Positions 1-13,400 of a DNA stretch of 64,000 bases are shown in pieces (positions within the stretch are counted from its first letter, which is position 1; every line of letters begins with the position of its first letter). Under the pieces are notes generated by a model. That model searched no databases, was not told where the DNA came from, and worked only from the letters and a program-made list of their open reading frames with translations. Made by a program: the position numbers and the translations under genes. Origin of the DNA: Mizuhopecten yessoensis. Taxonomy: Eukaryota. Location: assembly GCF_002113885.1 (NCBI RefSeq), contig NW_018408700.1, forward strand, positions 712,691-776,690. Reading direction: 5' to 3'.

Positions 1-54
1 GCGAGAAACACATGTCTCATCATTATGCTGTTTGTTTTTAGACGTTTCGTTATG

Positions 55-1235
55 GTGATGAAAGGATAATAGGTATAGATAGGATAGGAGGGTTTATTAT
101 AGTAAGGGTAGAAAGTATCCTATTATTGATGGAAGGATAATAGGTATAGATAGGATAGAAGGGTTTATTATAGTAAGGATAGAAAGTATCCTATTATTGA
201 TGGAAGGATAATAGGTATGGATAGGTTAGGAGGGTTTATTATAGTAAGGGTAGAAAGGTTCGTTATAGTGTTGTAAGGATAGTCGTCACGATGTGGATGG
301 GAGAGTTTGTTATAGTAAAGGGTAAAAAAAGGTTCGTTTATGGTGATCGAAGTGTAATCGTTATGGTGAGGGTGTAAGGGTTGATTATAGTAAGGGTAGA
401 AAGGTATGTTAAGGTGATGGAAGGGCAATCGTCATGGTGAGGATGGGAGAGTTTATTGTAGTAAGGGTAGGAAGGTTCGTTTATGGTGATCGAAGGGTAA
501 TCGTCATGTTGAGGATGGAAGGGTTGGTTATAGTAAGGGTAGAAAGGTATGTTAAGGTGATGGAAGGGCAATCGTAATGGTGAGGATGGGAGAGTTTATT
601 GTAGTAAGGGTAGGAAGGTTCGTTTATGGTGATAGAAGGGTAATCGTCATGGTGAGGATGGGAGAGTTTATTGTCGCAAGGGAAAAAGATTTGTTCAGGT
701 GATGGAACAGTTATCGTTATGGTGAGGGTGGGAGGGTTTATTATAGTAAGGGTAGAAAGTATGTTAAGGTGATGGAAGAAATTATCATTATAGTGAGGGT
801 GGAAGGGTTTATTATCGTAAAGGTAGGAAGATTCGTTAAGATGAAAGAAGGTACGGTGGGTGTGTGAGGGTTTTAATTATAGCATGGGTAGGGAGTGTGT
901 TTTGGTGATGGAAGGGTTATAGTTATGTAGAGGATAGAAGAGTTTATTGTAGTAAGGGTAAAAAGGTTCGTTTTGATGATGGAAGTGTACTTTAATGTAT
1001 CTATGGTGAGGGTGGGAGGGTTTATTATAGTAAGGGTAGGCAGGTTTGTTAATGTGACGGAAAGGTAATTGTCATGGTGAGGGTGGGAGAGTTTATTGTA
1101 TGAAGTAAGGGTAAAAAGGTATGTTAAGGTGATGGATGAGTAATCGTTATGCCTAGGGTAGGTTGGTTCGTTATTGTAAGGGTAATGATGGAGGTGTGAG
1201 GGTTTCTGGTGGTAAGGAGGGTTATGGTGAGGATC
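55..1235. repeat. Degenerate ~71-72-bp purine/G-rich intronic minisatellite
   Basis: ggtgatggaaggg...gtttattgtagtaagggtagaaagg recurs at 413, 485, 556 and 628 (alternating 143-bp dimer). Confidence 0.85.
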
Positions 1236-1269
1236 AAGAAAACTGTTGCTTTGCATTACATCATTTCAG

Positions 1270-1406
1270 ATGCCCGTTGCAGCTTTTTTAGTTTTCTTCC
1301 CAATCTAATACGTCGCTATGGTGTACATCCTGGCAACAAACTCTATCAATACTTCGGTGATTTGCTAGAGAAGAAGACTGGCAATCCTGACGTTACCTTC
1401 GAACAG
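1270..1406 (+). CDS. Gene A exon (DARCSFFS...DVTFEQ)
   Basis: ttcag|...|gtttag; 137 nt, same length as gene B exon 45616-45752. Confidence 0.88.
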
Positions 1407-4400
1407 GTTTAGTAGTTACCATGCCTTGGTATATGTATACTAACAATGATCTTCTTTGATTTTTACATTTTGCTCATTAGAAACGGTTAAAGTTATTAGA
1501 AATGTCATTGCATCTCTCATCGAACTTTTTTTAGTATTATATTGTTTCGAATTTTTTGAATGTGAATCTTTTTACGACTGTTCTTGTTATTGAAATCTAA
1601 AAATATTCATTATATATGATACAATGTACTCATTCGGTTTCGTGTGTTCTGTTGTTTTTTTATTTGACATTGTCTTGTACTTATATATATACACAAGACA
1701 TGTTGGTAAAAGTACTGTTTTTCAGGTTTACAAGATGTTCAACAAGGAACTTTGTTTGGTCATGATAAATGTAAATAACATGCGGGAAGAGTACTGCCAC
1801 CCAAAGACCACCCCAAAAATGAGTGTTCGTCTGGCTCTGCGCATGTCTGTTTCTTACCCAGGTAAGGTTAAACCGTTTGACCAATCTTACCATAAAATGT
1901 CACTGTTGTAACCATACATCTAAGGGCATAAATCACATAACAATTACTTAATGATCGTAGCAAAAGGTTTAAGACAACCTATAAATAAGTATAGAAATAA
2001 ATAGATTAATAATATATAAAGGGCCGGTTTCCAAAACGGCCCCTTCTCTGATTCAAATTTCCTGTTGGTGGTGCATTGCCCATGCTGTTGTGGTCACAAA
2101 TCTATAAAGTATAAAGATTTAGGTCACTTGGTTTGTTTTTTATGGCTCCTAAAAGTTGTACCTTTCAGAAGCTGTCTAAGTGTTGATAAAATGTGCATGT
2201 TATGTAAAATATTAATGAAAATCTAATCAAATGATGGTCACCGTAAAGAATACATTCATGGCATGATTGTGACAAAAAATCATGTTTCCATCGCGCCATT
2301 TGGCTGTTTTATGGAAGAAACAATCTCAAAAATGCCATTTTCGATGATAACATTTTAGACACAAAAACTGTGTTTTTTAGAGAATACACCCTTTTATGGG
2401 CGTTGGATGCAAACCAATTTTTATCCTATTAAACAGTACGTAATATGCTATTGATGAGAGGAAAAATCATCAAAATGTAAGTGGTGGAACATTTTCAAAT
2501 GTTGGGTTGAATTAGCCTATGGTTGAATTGCCGATTTTCGACTTTCTTTAGATAATTAACAAAAAAACGAGAGTATTTGCTCGGTATGTTGAGAATATGT
2601 ACACAGATATGAAAAAAAGTGAGAGAAACACTTTTTCATAAAAAAAATCCAAGATGGCTACTTCACAAGTCCCCGTGGTTGAAGACATTGGCTGACAAAT
2701 AGACAGAACAACAAACAAAACGTGTTCCTTATGATTTTGGTTGGTTTTCGCATTTACGGGAGTGTTCATAGCTACGGGCGATTGTATAATACCTATATTT
2801 ATAAGTTTGGTTAGTCACATGGTAACGGGGATCTTTCATATCGAGCCCCAAACATACTTTCGACATATGCACTCCGTTGCCGCATGGAAAACTATTTCAA
2901 GTTTTGTCGGAATTTCTTTACCTGTGGTTGTAATGGTCGAGGGTTTTCCAGCGTCCTGTAATACCCAAGGTAGTACAAGATACTGGAGATGTGCGCACAC
3001 ATTCCCATCGTTCTCTCTCCAACTGGGCACTGGCAGTAGTAGTCCTTTATTGGGGCCTCAACATCGGGTGAAACGGTGAACCGTATCCAAACGTTATATT
3101 TCGTTTGGCTTTTGTGTCGAGAATGTATTTGACATCGGAGAAGGTCTGGGGAGTGCTGGTAAAGCCACACCTCATAGTCTCCGTCATCACTTAAATGTTC
3201 GGCGATGTAACCAGGAGCCAGAGATATCTGATACGTTCCACACGTAATGGTTCTCAAGTAATCAAGATCGAGACGGGGAAACAGTACGGAAGATGCATCC
3301 ATCTTGACAAACTCGGACCTTGCCCGTCTAGATAGATCCGGATCTGTCTTGACTCTCTGAGCTAAACCATTCGGTGTTGTCAAACGGTCCTTCATACGTT
3401 CAGCCATTAGCCTATCTTTGGCATCTCTCTCTGGAGATCTCTGGTAGATCGGTCCTCTAATACCATTCAGACAGGCTGTGACGGTTCGAAGCAAAGCCTC
3501 GATGACATTGATAAAGCTGTTAGACACCAATTGCGTTCGGAAGAACGTCCAGTGTTTCAGACGACCATGATAGGATTCCACAATCCACCTCGATTTGGTG
3601 ATAGTTCTGTCAAGATTTGCTTGGACGTCAGAATGTTGACTTTGACCGGGTTTCAGGTATGACGGCATGCTAGCATTGAGGCCAGAGGCTTCGAGAACTG
3701 GTAGGACATCTCTAAAACCTCGGTCAACGACAACGTTGTCGTCTGGTTGTAGCCAAGTAACTAGCTTGTCCATGACTTTTTTTGTAATTGTAGCATCATT
3801 TTCGCTGCCAGTGAATGGTCCTACTGTGTCCAGAATGTAGCCATCTGGTAAGGCGATGCTCATGAATTTGAGATAGTTTCTCTTCTTCTGGCCACAGTAG
3901 GACATTCTCTGGAGCTTGTGGTCGGAGCTTTTCTGGATATAAATATAGGTGCCATCTAATATGGCAGTGGCTTTATCTCCAAAAAATGCTTCTGAAAAGA
4001 CAGTATTGTGCCCGAGCAACTGTTCTCTTGTCAAGTGATCCGGACCTAGAAATTGTGGGACTATCGATGTGTCTAATGCCTGTACTATGGAGTGGAAAGT
4101 TTTGGACACACTTGACTTGGAAATTCCAAAAAGAGAAGAACACTGACTCCAGGAAATGTCGGTTTTCAGTTTTACCCAGAACAGTAATAGAGCATCGTGT
4201 GTAGTCTTGGTATATATACCAGATGAAAGATATGGGGAACAGTGCGAGTGGATTTCGAGGAACTGATCTTTGGACCAACCTGTCCAGGCCATGCATGCCG
4301 AGTCATCAAGAGAAGAAAAGCTTATTGTAAACGCAGACTGGTTCTGTGAAAGGACGTGCGACACCTCTAGGAGGTCATTAATGATTTCGGACGATTTTGA

Positions 4401-7400
4401 TGGTAACTGAGATTCCAAGGAACCTCTACCATCAAGGACAACCTCTGTAGACGGATCTAAGTCGTTACCAATAAGGTGAATGGAGCAGACGCGGGATGAG
4501 GTGGGACACCACAGTTTGTGTGAATAGATCAGGTGATGTCTTGCACGTTTTGGTAAGACTGATGATTTTGTTCCATTTCTTGCAAAGGTAACAAGACAGA
4601 GACAGCATTTTTTGTGTGAAGATGATCCATTCAAAAGATCATGAAGGGTCAGCAACGGCAGGATATGGGACGGGGAGTCGTCTTCTTCCTCTATTTCCTG
4701 GTTCTGCTCGGGTTCAGGTTCAGGCTGATTTTTGTTCCGAAGATACTTCATGTAGCACTTCTGGCAAATAAGTGCTTGTTCCTTTGCTGACATCAATCCT
4801 TGTTGCACCAGCGTATCTAGGAGCCATTTATATTGTGGACTATTTACATTGCGTGCACTTCTGTTCTTATTGCCACTACGTTTCTTGAAGTATACTTGAC
4901 ACCCTTCTCCAACACATTTACCCTCCATCTTGAAACAATAACGATTGGTTTATGAAGCGTCGATAAAGTAACAAAATAGCAAGCCACCGATGATTGCTGT
5001 AAACAGCTAATACTTAGTAGTTTGGTACAATTATGCGAAAATGTGTGATAAATAACGAACAACTAATTACACAAAATAACAAGACAATATAATAAATCAC
5101 ATTCAATACCTCCAAGAAGCGCAGAATTGATTGATTACTTAGAACAAAATAAAGTATTTCATATGGATAATCTATCTATTCGATGTGGCGTGGTCGGCAG
5201 GCACAAAGAAAGTGAGACAAGTCAGGGTCCCAACCCTGACAGAGCCACAACGCTTTGGAGATGGGACAATAAAACAAGGAAAGTGAGACAAGAATAGCTA
5301 GCGTCGAGTCAATGATTCCGTAAACGTATAGACAAAGACAAGAAGATACGGATAAATGTACAAGGCCACACGATCAGAAAATTCAGAAGAGGACAACTTG
5401 AGATAGAACAGTATTCATGTATCAGGGTGTCCTCAGTGTAAATCTTTATATCGATACTGTTTATTTAGTCGTTACACATCATAAAACTGTCATGAAAATA
5501 TCCGCTCTGATATTCAATATAAAAGTTTGTATATAATAAGCTATATAATAGGGTTTCAGACAAGGTTGTTACTCATTTCCCCTTTTCTTTCAATTTACAA
5601 CCACATTCAGGCGGCGATATGAGAACGTTCCACCACATGGAATTAGCTGATTTTTGGTACACATATGAAACAAGTAAAGCTCTATCCGATTTTCTGATGG
5701 AAATTTGCATCCAAAACTATATAACGGGAGAAAATTGCAATTTTATGGCATTTTTCTTCATAATTGTGTCTCTGCAAGTGCATTTTCATCCGAAAATATT
5801 TTTTTTTATGTTTTATGAATAAACACGATGTTTTGGAAATATTTATCAAAAGAAATTTATACTATGTTGCGAATTACAATTTCGAGATAACCTTCTTTTA
5901 TTTACGAACTTATGTCTTTGATGCTGAAATTGACAACTTTATAAAAATACATTTTCACTGAAATTATGAAATCTGGGTGTCGGAAAGGTGTAAAATTATT
6001 CTTCGGAAAAGAAAAAAACAGTAGTTGAGCTAGATAAGAAATTATACGGGGGCAGGCTCCTATGGAGAATTAACATTCCTGGAAACAGGCCCTTTCATGA
6101 GCGTAGCTTAAAAATAAATGTCGCGAGAGTGTCAAAATAAATATATATAATGAATTATATAGTTGACAAGTGTGTCGGTATATTAAACTTTTAACATTTT
6201 TACGACGGAAATAAAACTTGTATATTGAAAAAAAAACCCGATATTATTTTAGTTTGGAAAACAAATTGAAAATTAGCCAGAAAGATGTGACAGCAATACA
6301 TCAGCTGTGAAGTCCTAATCCAGTAGTTGTTAATACATGAAACTGACAGCTGGTGTTATTCTTATTGCGAAATCATTGAAACAACTGCTGCGGTTGTGTT
6401 AGATATATCTGTAAAAAATACACGTCCTAAACTGTACTCTTTATTGAACCAAATAAAAAAGTCGCATGCAACATCCGTTATGCAGAGAGAACCGTTACTG
6501 TTCTGGTTGGTCAACTAATATCTGTCGCAATGGGATGCCTATCGAAACGTATTAAAAAAATCTTACTTGTAACGACATATCTACAGTCAACATTAATTTA
6601 ATTACTATCAATAAATCGTCTAAAGTGAGATTGACATTTCCCAACCTATGACCACACTTATATATCTACATGTATTCAGTATTTATTGCGGGCAGTTTGA
6701 TTTAAATTATGTACCGTTGTTGTTTTAATGCTTACATACGGTCTGAATTCTAATAAATTGACGATGAATCACATATCAATTATTTCCAGGTGCCTTCCAA
6801 CCGATCAAGAAAACTTTACCCAATGGCGGAACAGATTTCTTTGTAGATGGTGCACTGATCTGTAACTACCCAGTCCACTGTTTTGATGGTAAGTTCCTTG
6901 TAAACGGAACCTTGATTTGAAGTTCCTTTGTAAACGGAACCTAGATTTGAAGATCCTTTGTAAACGGATCCTAGATTTGAAGATCCTTTGTAAACGGAAC
7001 CTAGATTTGAAGATCCTTTGTAAACGGAACCTAGATTTGAGAATCATTTGTGACGTACCCTTATTTTGATGATATTTTATTGATTGTACTTTAATTTGAT
7101 TATCCTTCGTTAACGATGCCAATCTATTTTTATGATTATGCGTAGACGGTACCTTGATTTGTTACTTTGTTGACAGTACATTGTTTAAATGATACTTTGT
7201 AGACGGTTTCTTGATTTGATGATACTTTGTAGACGGTTTCTTGATTTGATGATACTTTGTAGACGGTTTCTTGATTTGATGATACTTTGTAGACGGAATC
7301 GTGCTTTTATGTAACTTTGCTGACGGTAACGCTTTGCTTTTGCAAATATATTTCTTCTACGTATACCTGAGAATATAGATATGACAAACGATTGAATTTC

Positions 7401-10400
7401 TGGTTGAATATAATATCGTTGAGTTCGATTGCAAGATTTTGCAACTGAATGTTGGCAGACCCATGTAGACACACTTTGCCCGCCATTCAGTCCACTTGAT
7501 TTGTTTTCATATAATGCTGAATTTAATAAGGAGCTTATCAGGACAGGTAACAAAGACCACCATGTCCAGGCCTTTACTTCAGTATTCTCATGTTTTCTTA
7601 GTAGTTCGTTGATACCAAGCAGTGGTTTGATGACAAGATCTGAATTTTAGTTGGTACTTTGCACTGTGTCGTTTTTGTGAGAAGTGCTGATTTTTTATTT
7701 GGCGCTTTGCACTATGTCGATGGTAGGGTTTACTATTTTGATGTCAAGGCTTTTTGTAGTGAGTACCATTTTTGTAGGTCTGCCTGTACTGTGTCGAAGG
7801 TAATGTCTTCATTATATGTACCTGTGTATATACCGCCTAATACTTAATTTGATAGTGAATTTCTGTTTTGATGACAATGTCCTTATATAACCTGGTAGTT
7901 GCAACTCCACACTTATCTGGTGTTTTTCGCTCGTTAATTCCCGGATAACATATTGTGTTCGAGGTGATGCTTTCCTTACGGGATTTTACAAAAATACTGT
8001 TAATATTAACATCATTTGAAAATATATGTCCCTACTAAGTGTCAAATCTATTTTATCGAAAAATCATACGTATTATTTTGAATAATATTCCTTTTTTCTG
8101 TATGATTTGTTGTTCGAAGGATGGTGGCTTTCAATGAAACCGGAAGATACCTTCTTGAAAAGGATTCAAGGGATACAGGATTTACCTAAACTACTTAGCA
8201 AAGGAAATAGATTTGGACAAAGGAACCATAAAACGCTAGGCTTTATTCTGGTAAGACTTAGCGAAATATTATACTGATCACCTTCATTTGGTTTCAGGTA
8301 TCATACTACTCATATATCGCTGACTGCTTGGCAAATATAGCATATATTTTGTACATGTATATTATATTTGGTGATCTGAGGTTTTATAAGAGTTTAACAT
8401 TTTTTTTCTGATATGGTACGACTTTTTTAAAATGATGATTTTTAATCCCTATTAATCAACCGCGGAGAAGACCGCAAGCATAAACGTTATAAACGTTGGG
8501 AAAGGGCTTTACATAAGTTGGACAACTTGTGCCTAATCTGTTTTATTGTAATAGATGCAATTAAAAATATTTTTAAATCAAATAAAACTTTATCAGATCT
8601 TGAAAAAAGGAATGCGCTTCCCCCCTCCNNNNNNNNNNNNNNNNNNNCCCCCCCCCCCCGACATTAAAAGTGTATCGAGAACACCTTTGTGTTAGTTTAA
8701 TATTCAGAAAGACTTCGTTGATTTTTGCAGTGACGTTACATTAATCACACCAAAGAGTTTGCAGACAAGCTAATATTGTGACATTTTTCCTATTTTTGTT
8801 GGGTCAACGTTTTGAGTTTGGGGAACTCGCCGGCTGTGATGGTGATGCGTTTATTCGTACGATGATCATGTGTTTCCCTCCGCTCCGCTTTATTTACCGG
8901 AAACAACAAAATCGCAACTAATAAAATTGACAAAAGAAGCTGGTCTCCGGTCAGGAGATCCGGAATTAAAAACAAAGCCGGATACCGTACCAATATTCCG
9001 GAATTACATTAGTAATAAACTAGAGCTACCTGACCAGTAGACCAGTCTGTACACAACATTTTATAGGGAAACGAGGTTTACACGTTTTATCTCAAGTATC
9101 ATCCTCGATATCCAGGGGTTACGCTTACTTTCGCTCTCTGTACCCCTGGAATATGTCATAGCAAAATTGAAGGCACGCAGCTATCTATTTGATTCGTGTC
9201 AGGTAAAAAAGACTGACAAATCACTAGACTGATACTTGTCCTTTGAAAATAACAGAGGAGTGCACCCGACTTCACAGCCAATTAGTTTTACCGTTAAACG
9301 ACCGCGAGAAATAACAAATTAGCCTTCTCGTCTCATCCACAAGACGTCGCTCAATGAACCTTCACTTTTGCTATGACATATTCCAGGGGTGGAGAGAGCG
9401 AAGGTGAGCTTAACCCATGGATATCGAGGATGCTCAAGTATAAGGTTAAGCATACTTCTGTTTCAATCTATATATGCTTTGTATTAGGTGATATCATATT
9501 AAAAGAGAAATAAATGGCAATACCGGGGTTCGAACCTGGGATACTTTAAAAACTCTAGACGGATACTCTACCAATATACTGTAGGTACCTGGTCGCCAAC
9601 GATTGACAAAGCCACGTTCCGCTGCAAAAGCATAAAAAGACCTTATAACTTATAACCCATGTTGAAAGTGTCCTAAAGCAATTATTCTACATAGTATCGG
9701 TACATCACTAGGTAAACAGAAAATCTGTCAATCGCTATAGTTCTAGCTAATAATCGTCACGATCATTTCGTTTCGTGTTTGGGGGCTACGTGGAAACATT
9801 TTAATGTCGTTTGACTATCTGAAGATAACCGCAGAGAATTCAAGACTACGATGTCATATTGTGCATGTCCTAAATATACCCAAGTCATATATAATCATAA
9901 CAGTGCATATCACTTTCCCCATTTACGATTTTTATTATGACGTCATACTGAAAAAAATACACATATTTAGGACGTCATTAATGTATGACAGTCACCGTAA
10001 TACACAGATCTGTGATAAATAATGCATCATTTTCTAATCAAGAAAACGTAAACAAATTTGTTATTTGAAGAACGTTTTAGAATTACGTTGCGCACTGTAG
10101 AATTGGAAAAATTTAATGGCTGAACTTGAGGACACATGATACGACATCGACACTTCTCCCGAAGGATCGGACTAAAGCGTTATCACGGATTGTCATACTT
10201 TAGAAGAAACTGTGCACGAATGTGTTTTCCCTCTTGGGAATGATATTCTCAAAGTAGAATGTCAGTAGGTGTTAAGTAACGCCACGTAAACACTGGTCCC
10301 GACATAGACTCGATTTAAAGGTCACACCCACACATCCGAAGACAAAAAGAAATGTCTGTGTCATTGAAAGTGACAGCGATTTAAAGCAAAAGAAAATATC

Positions 10401-13400
10401 CATAACCGTCTATCGTACTTTTGTTATGTTCACATCTTTATTCAAAATCCAACAGTTGATAAAACTCTCAATGGCTGACGCGGATCAACACTATCCTGTT
10501 AGAAGCACTTTGCTCAGGAAAGCCCTTGTTATAATATTGATTTGTTATCACGCAAACACAAAATATATTTAAGCTAGGCAACACAGTTTTAAACGCAAAG
10601 GACCAGGGGCGCTAATGGTCCTTTCCGCCCTCATCGGGGATTTATGATAAGTTGTTATATTTGTCATCTGGAATAAATGAAGTATGCATATATGAAATTT
10701 CAAATTCATTTGACAACTGGTTTAGCGGATATGGCTTTACAAAGAGAGACATAAACGCGCATTTTCATCATAAATGCGTGAATATCGTCTGCTGTTTGCT
10801 ATTTGGTTGAAAATTGGCCATTTTGAAGGAAATTAACTAAACACTCTTCAATTTTCGAAAGCCTCCGCATGTAACAAACAAATAAATATTTGACATGATT
10901 AAACATTGTTAAACTACTGTTCATTCGAAGAAATCACTTTTTGTCTGTCACATGCGGAGGCTTTCATTTCTACATGCTAACTGTTCAAAAACACCATATT
11001 TTGGCTATTTCTACAACCAACGTAGTTTCGTTGTTATGGTAGGGCATCTACGTATGTGCATTGGAAAACAATTTACACAAAGGAAAATGGATCCAATTAA
11101 CCTATATGATGTTTATACCAGAAATTGGCAAATATATTCAAGTTGAAATTTTGTTATGAGGCCAAAAATAGCCCATAACGCCATAAGTCCTTTACACATA
11201 TGGCATCTAATAACAACAACAATTGTTTGAAATGATCTTCGATAAATGTGAAAGTTCGTGGTATTTCTCCTTGCAAATTCCTGAATACCTTTATTAGCGA
11301 CAGATCTCGTAGACGGTTTGAATTGAGGTGCCTTGTGGGCTTAAATCCACTTAAAGTGATATGCTAGCTGTACAAAATAGTAATATATGCATTCTTATCA
11401 GTTTATCATGCAGTGCTTTTAGGCTTCGTCGAAAAAACAATCCCCTATCGTGAGCACACAGAAAGAGTCGAAAGTAATAGTTTGTGCTATGAACGTTTTT
11501 GTATTCCGAGATGTGGAAGAACAATTACGAATTACTGTGTTTGGTACCAAAATGATAATAATGATAAAGATAGTTTAAGGTTAACACATAATTAACATTG
11601 ATACGTATCAATCTAAGAAATCGGTTAAATGTGCCATATCTTTGTGCTAAATAGGGTGTTTATAAAATTTTATGGTGACTGATGTTATCATACAACTATT
11701 TTACATTAGTTAATTCGGTAATAACCAGGTATTTTGTGTGATGGGCGTCGTCGACTTCCTGTTCATAGTGGGTTCGCTGTAGAACTAATGGTCTTTCTAT
11801 CTACCAGTGGTTATGCCGTTGTAGAAATAATGTTTGAGGAGAAGCTTCTTCCACGCATCTGAACTTTAATGTTTTTTAAATGGAAGGAAATACGAAGTTT
11901 TCTCACCAATGTCAAACTGTAATAAGTAGTAATGTATGTTGTAGACGTCTGATGAAGGACCAGACTTATTCAAGTACTACCTTGAGGATAGGACGAAAGA
12001 GGAGTTTGGAATCACGGACACGCCAATACCAGACTCCAAGCTCGCTAAGTAAACAAAATAAACTTCTTATATATACGTGTACTTACAGAAAAAATGTATA
12101 AAAAATCCTGAATCTCGACACCTGGTTGCGTCGAAAGATTCATCTGTATATATAGGAGCTGGACTAGATATACATGCCAGCGCTTTATATTTTTGTTTGT
12201 TAAAATTGTCTTTAAGTCAATAATACGTTAACATCAAAATTGAAATAGTTTTGGATGAATGAAATTGTTAAAATCGTACTGTCTCTAGTCGAGGCTGATG
12301 ACTAAATAAATGATGTACACTTTATTACAATACGTTATATATTGTAAGTCAGGACATGTACAGATTGTCTGATTCATGTGTTGTAGAGAAGACTTGAGGA
12401 AGACGATCCGGAGAGAAAAAATACAAGAAATTATTATCAAGGCCGTGGACGAGTTTATAAAGGTACAGTTTTCGAAAGTCGTCCCGACAATCTTAGTTCA
12501 GCACATTGTCTCGACATACCGTCGTGTATTACATCGGGTAATCGGTATTCATTGATCTTGACAGGTAGTATCGTATATAGACCAGCTCGAAAACATTAGT
12601 TGTCTTCCGTTGCAACGGAACTCTTTTGTGTGTGTGTCTACTTCCGGGTAGTATATGCGAAACGCGATAAATATGAATCAAGACATATATCACTGGAACG
12701 TGAAGCAGTTGAAGCAGTGAAGTCTTTTCTTGGTGATCATGACTTGCTTGATGCTCCTATCGGAAGCAGTTTCAGTTAAAGTTGGATCATTGTTTCATAG
12801 AATATCAATATATGTATTCCAACAATGGGAACTAGCATTGCACCACCCGTTACCGATCTGCTGCTGAGGATGAATTCGAGACAGGCTTATTTTCATTAGC
12901 ATACTTGCTCCATCCTTTAATTTCGTTTCCAGATATGCTGCTAATGATTTGTACTTGAATGAAAAATCTAGAACCACTGGCATCTTATTCATCCTTCTAC
13001 ACTAATCATTAGAAATACTCTGTTTCTCCTGATTCACTAACAGTTGCTTGAAGTATTTGAATACCAGCAACCTCAACACCAAGGCTGTGGTAGCTACCTA
13101 CAATATTGCAATAACAATCACCTTACTACCAAAATATGTGGTAGTTACCTATAGTAACAATATTGAACTCAATACCAACCTCTATGGCAAATACCTATAC
13201 ATGTAATATAGTAATAATAATATTCACCTCAACACCAAATTCTGGGGCAGTTACCTATACTATTGCAACAGTATCCACCTTACTACAAAATTCAATAAAA
13301 TTTACCTACTTGACGACAATAATCGTCTTATTCGGACTCGCCTCACTACCAAACAGTTCGGCACTTGTATCAATTTAAAACCATAGTAATTTTAACCTTA

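Noticed and set aside
168-1256. His/Pro/Tyr-rich minus-strand ORFs
   Set aside because: They are translations of the 71-72-bp intronic minisatellite.
6846-6854. DGA instead of DGG in gene A as a sign of inactivation
   Set aside because: D-G-(G/A) is within the normal patatin motif and the catalytic Asp is retained.
10315-11344. Possible TTAA-flanked Kolobok-like element enclosing the 10600-11190 MITE
   Set aside because: TTAA-AGG is present on the left, but the right end matches only weakly, so boundaries cannot be supported.
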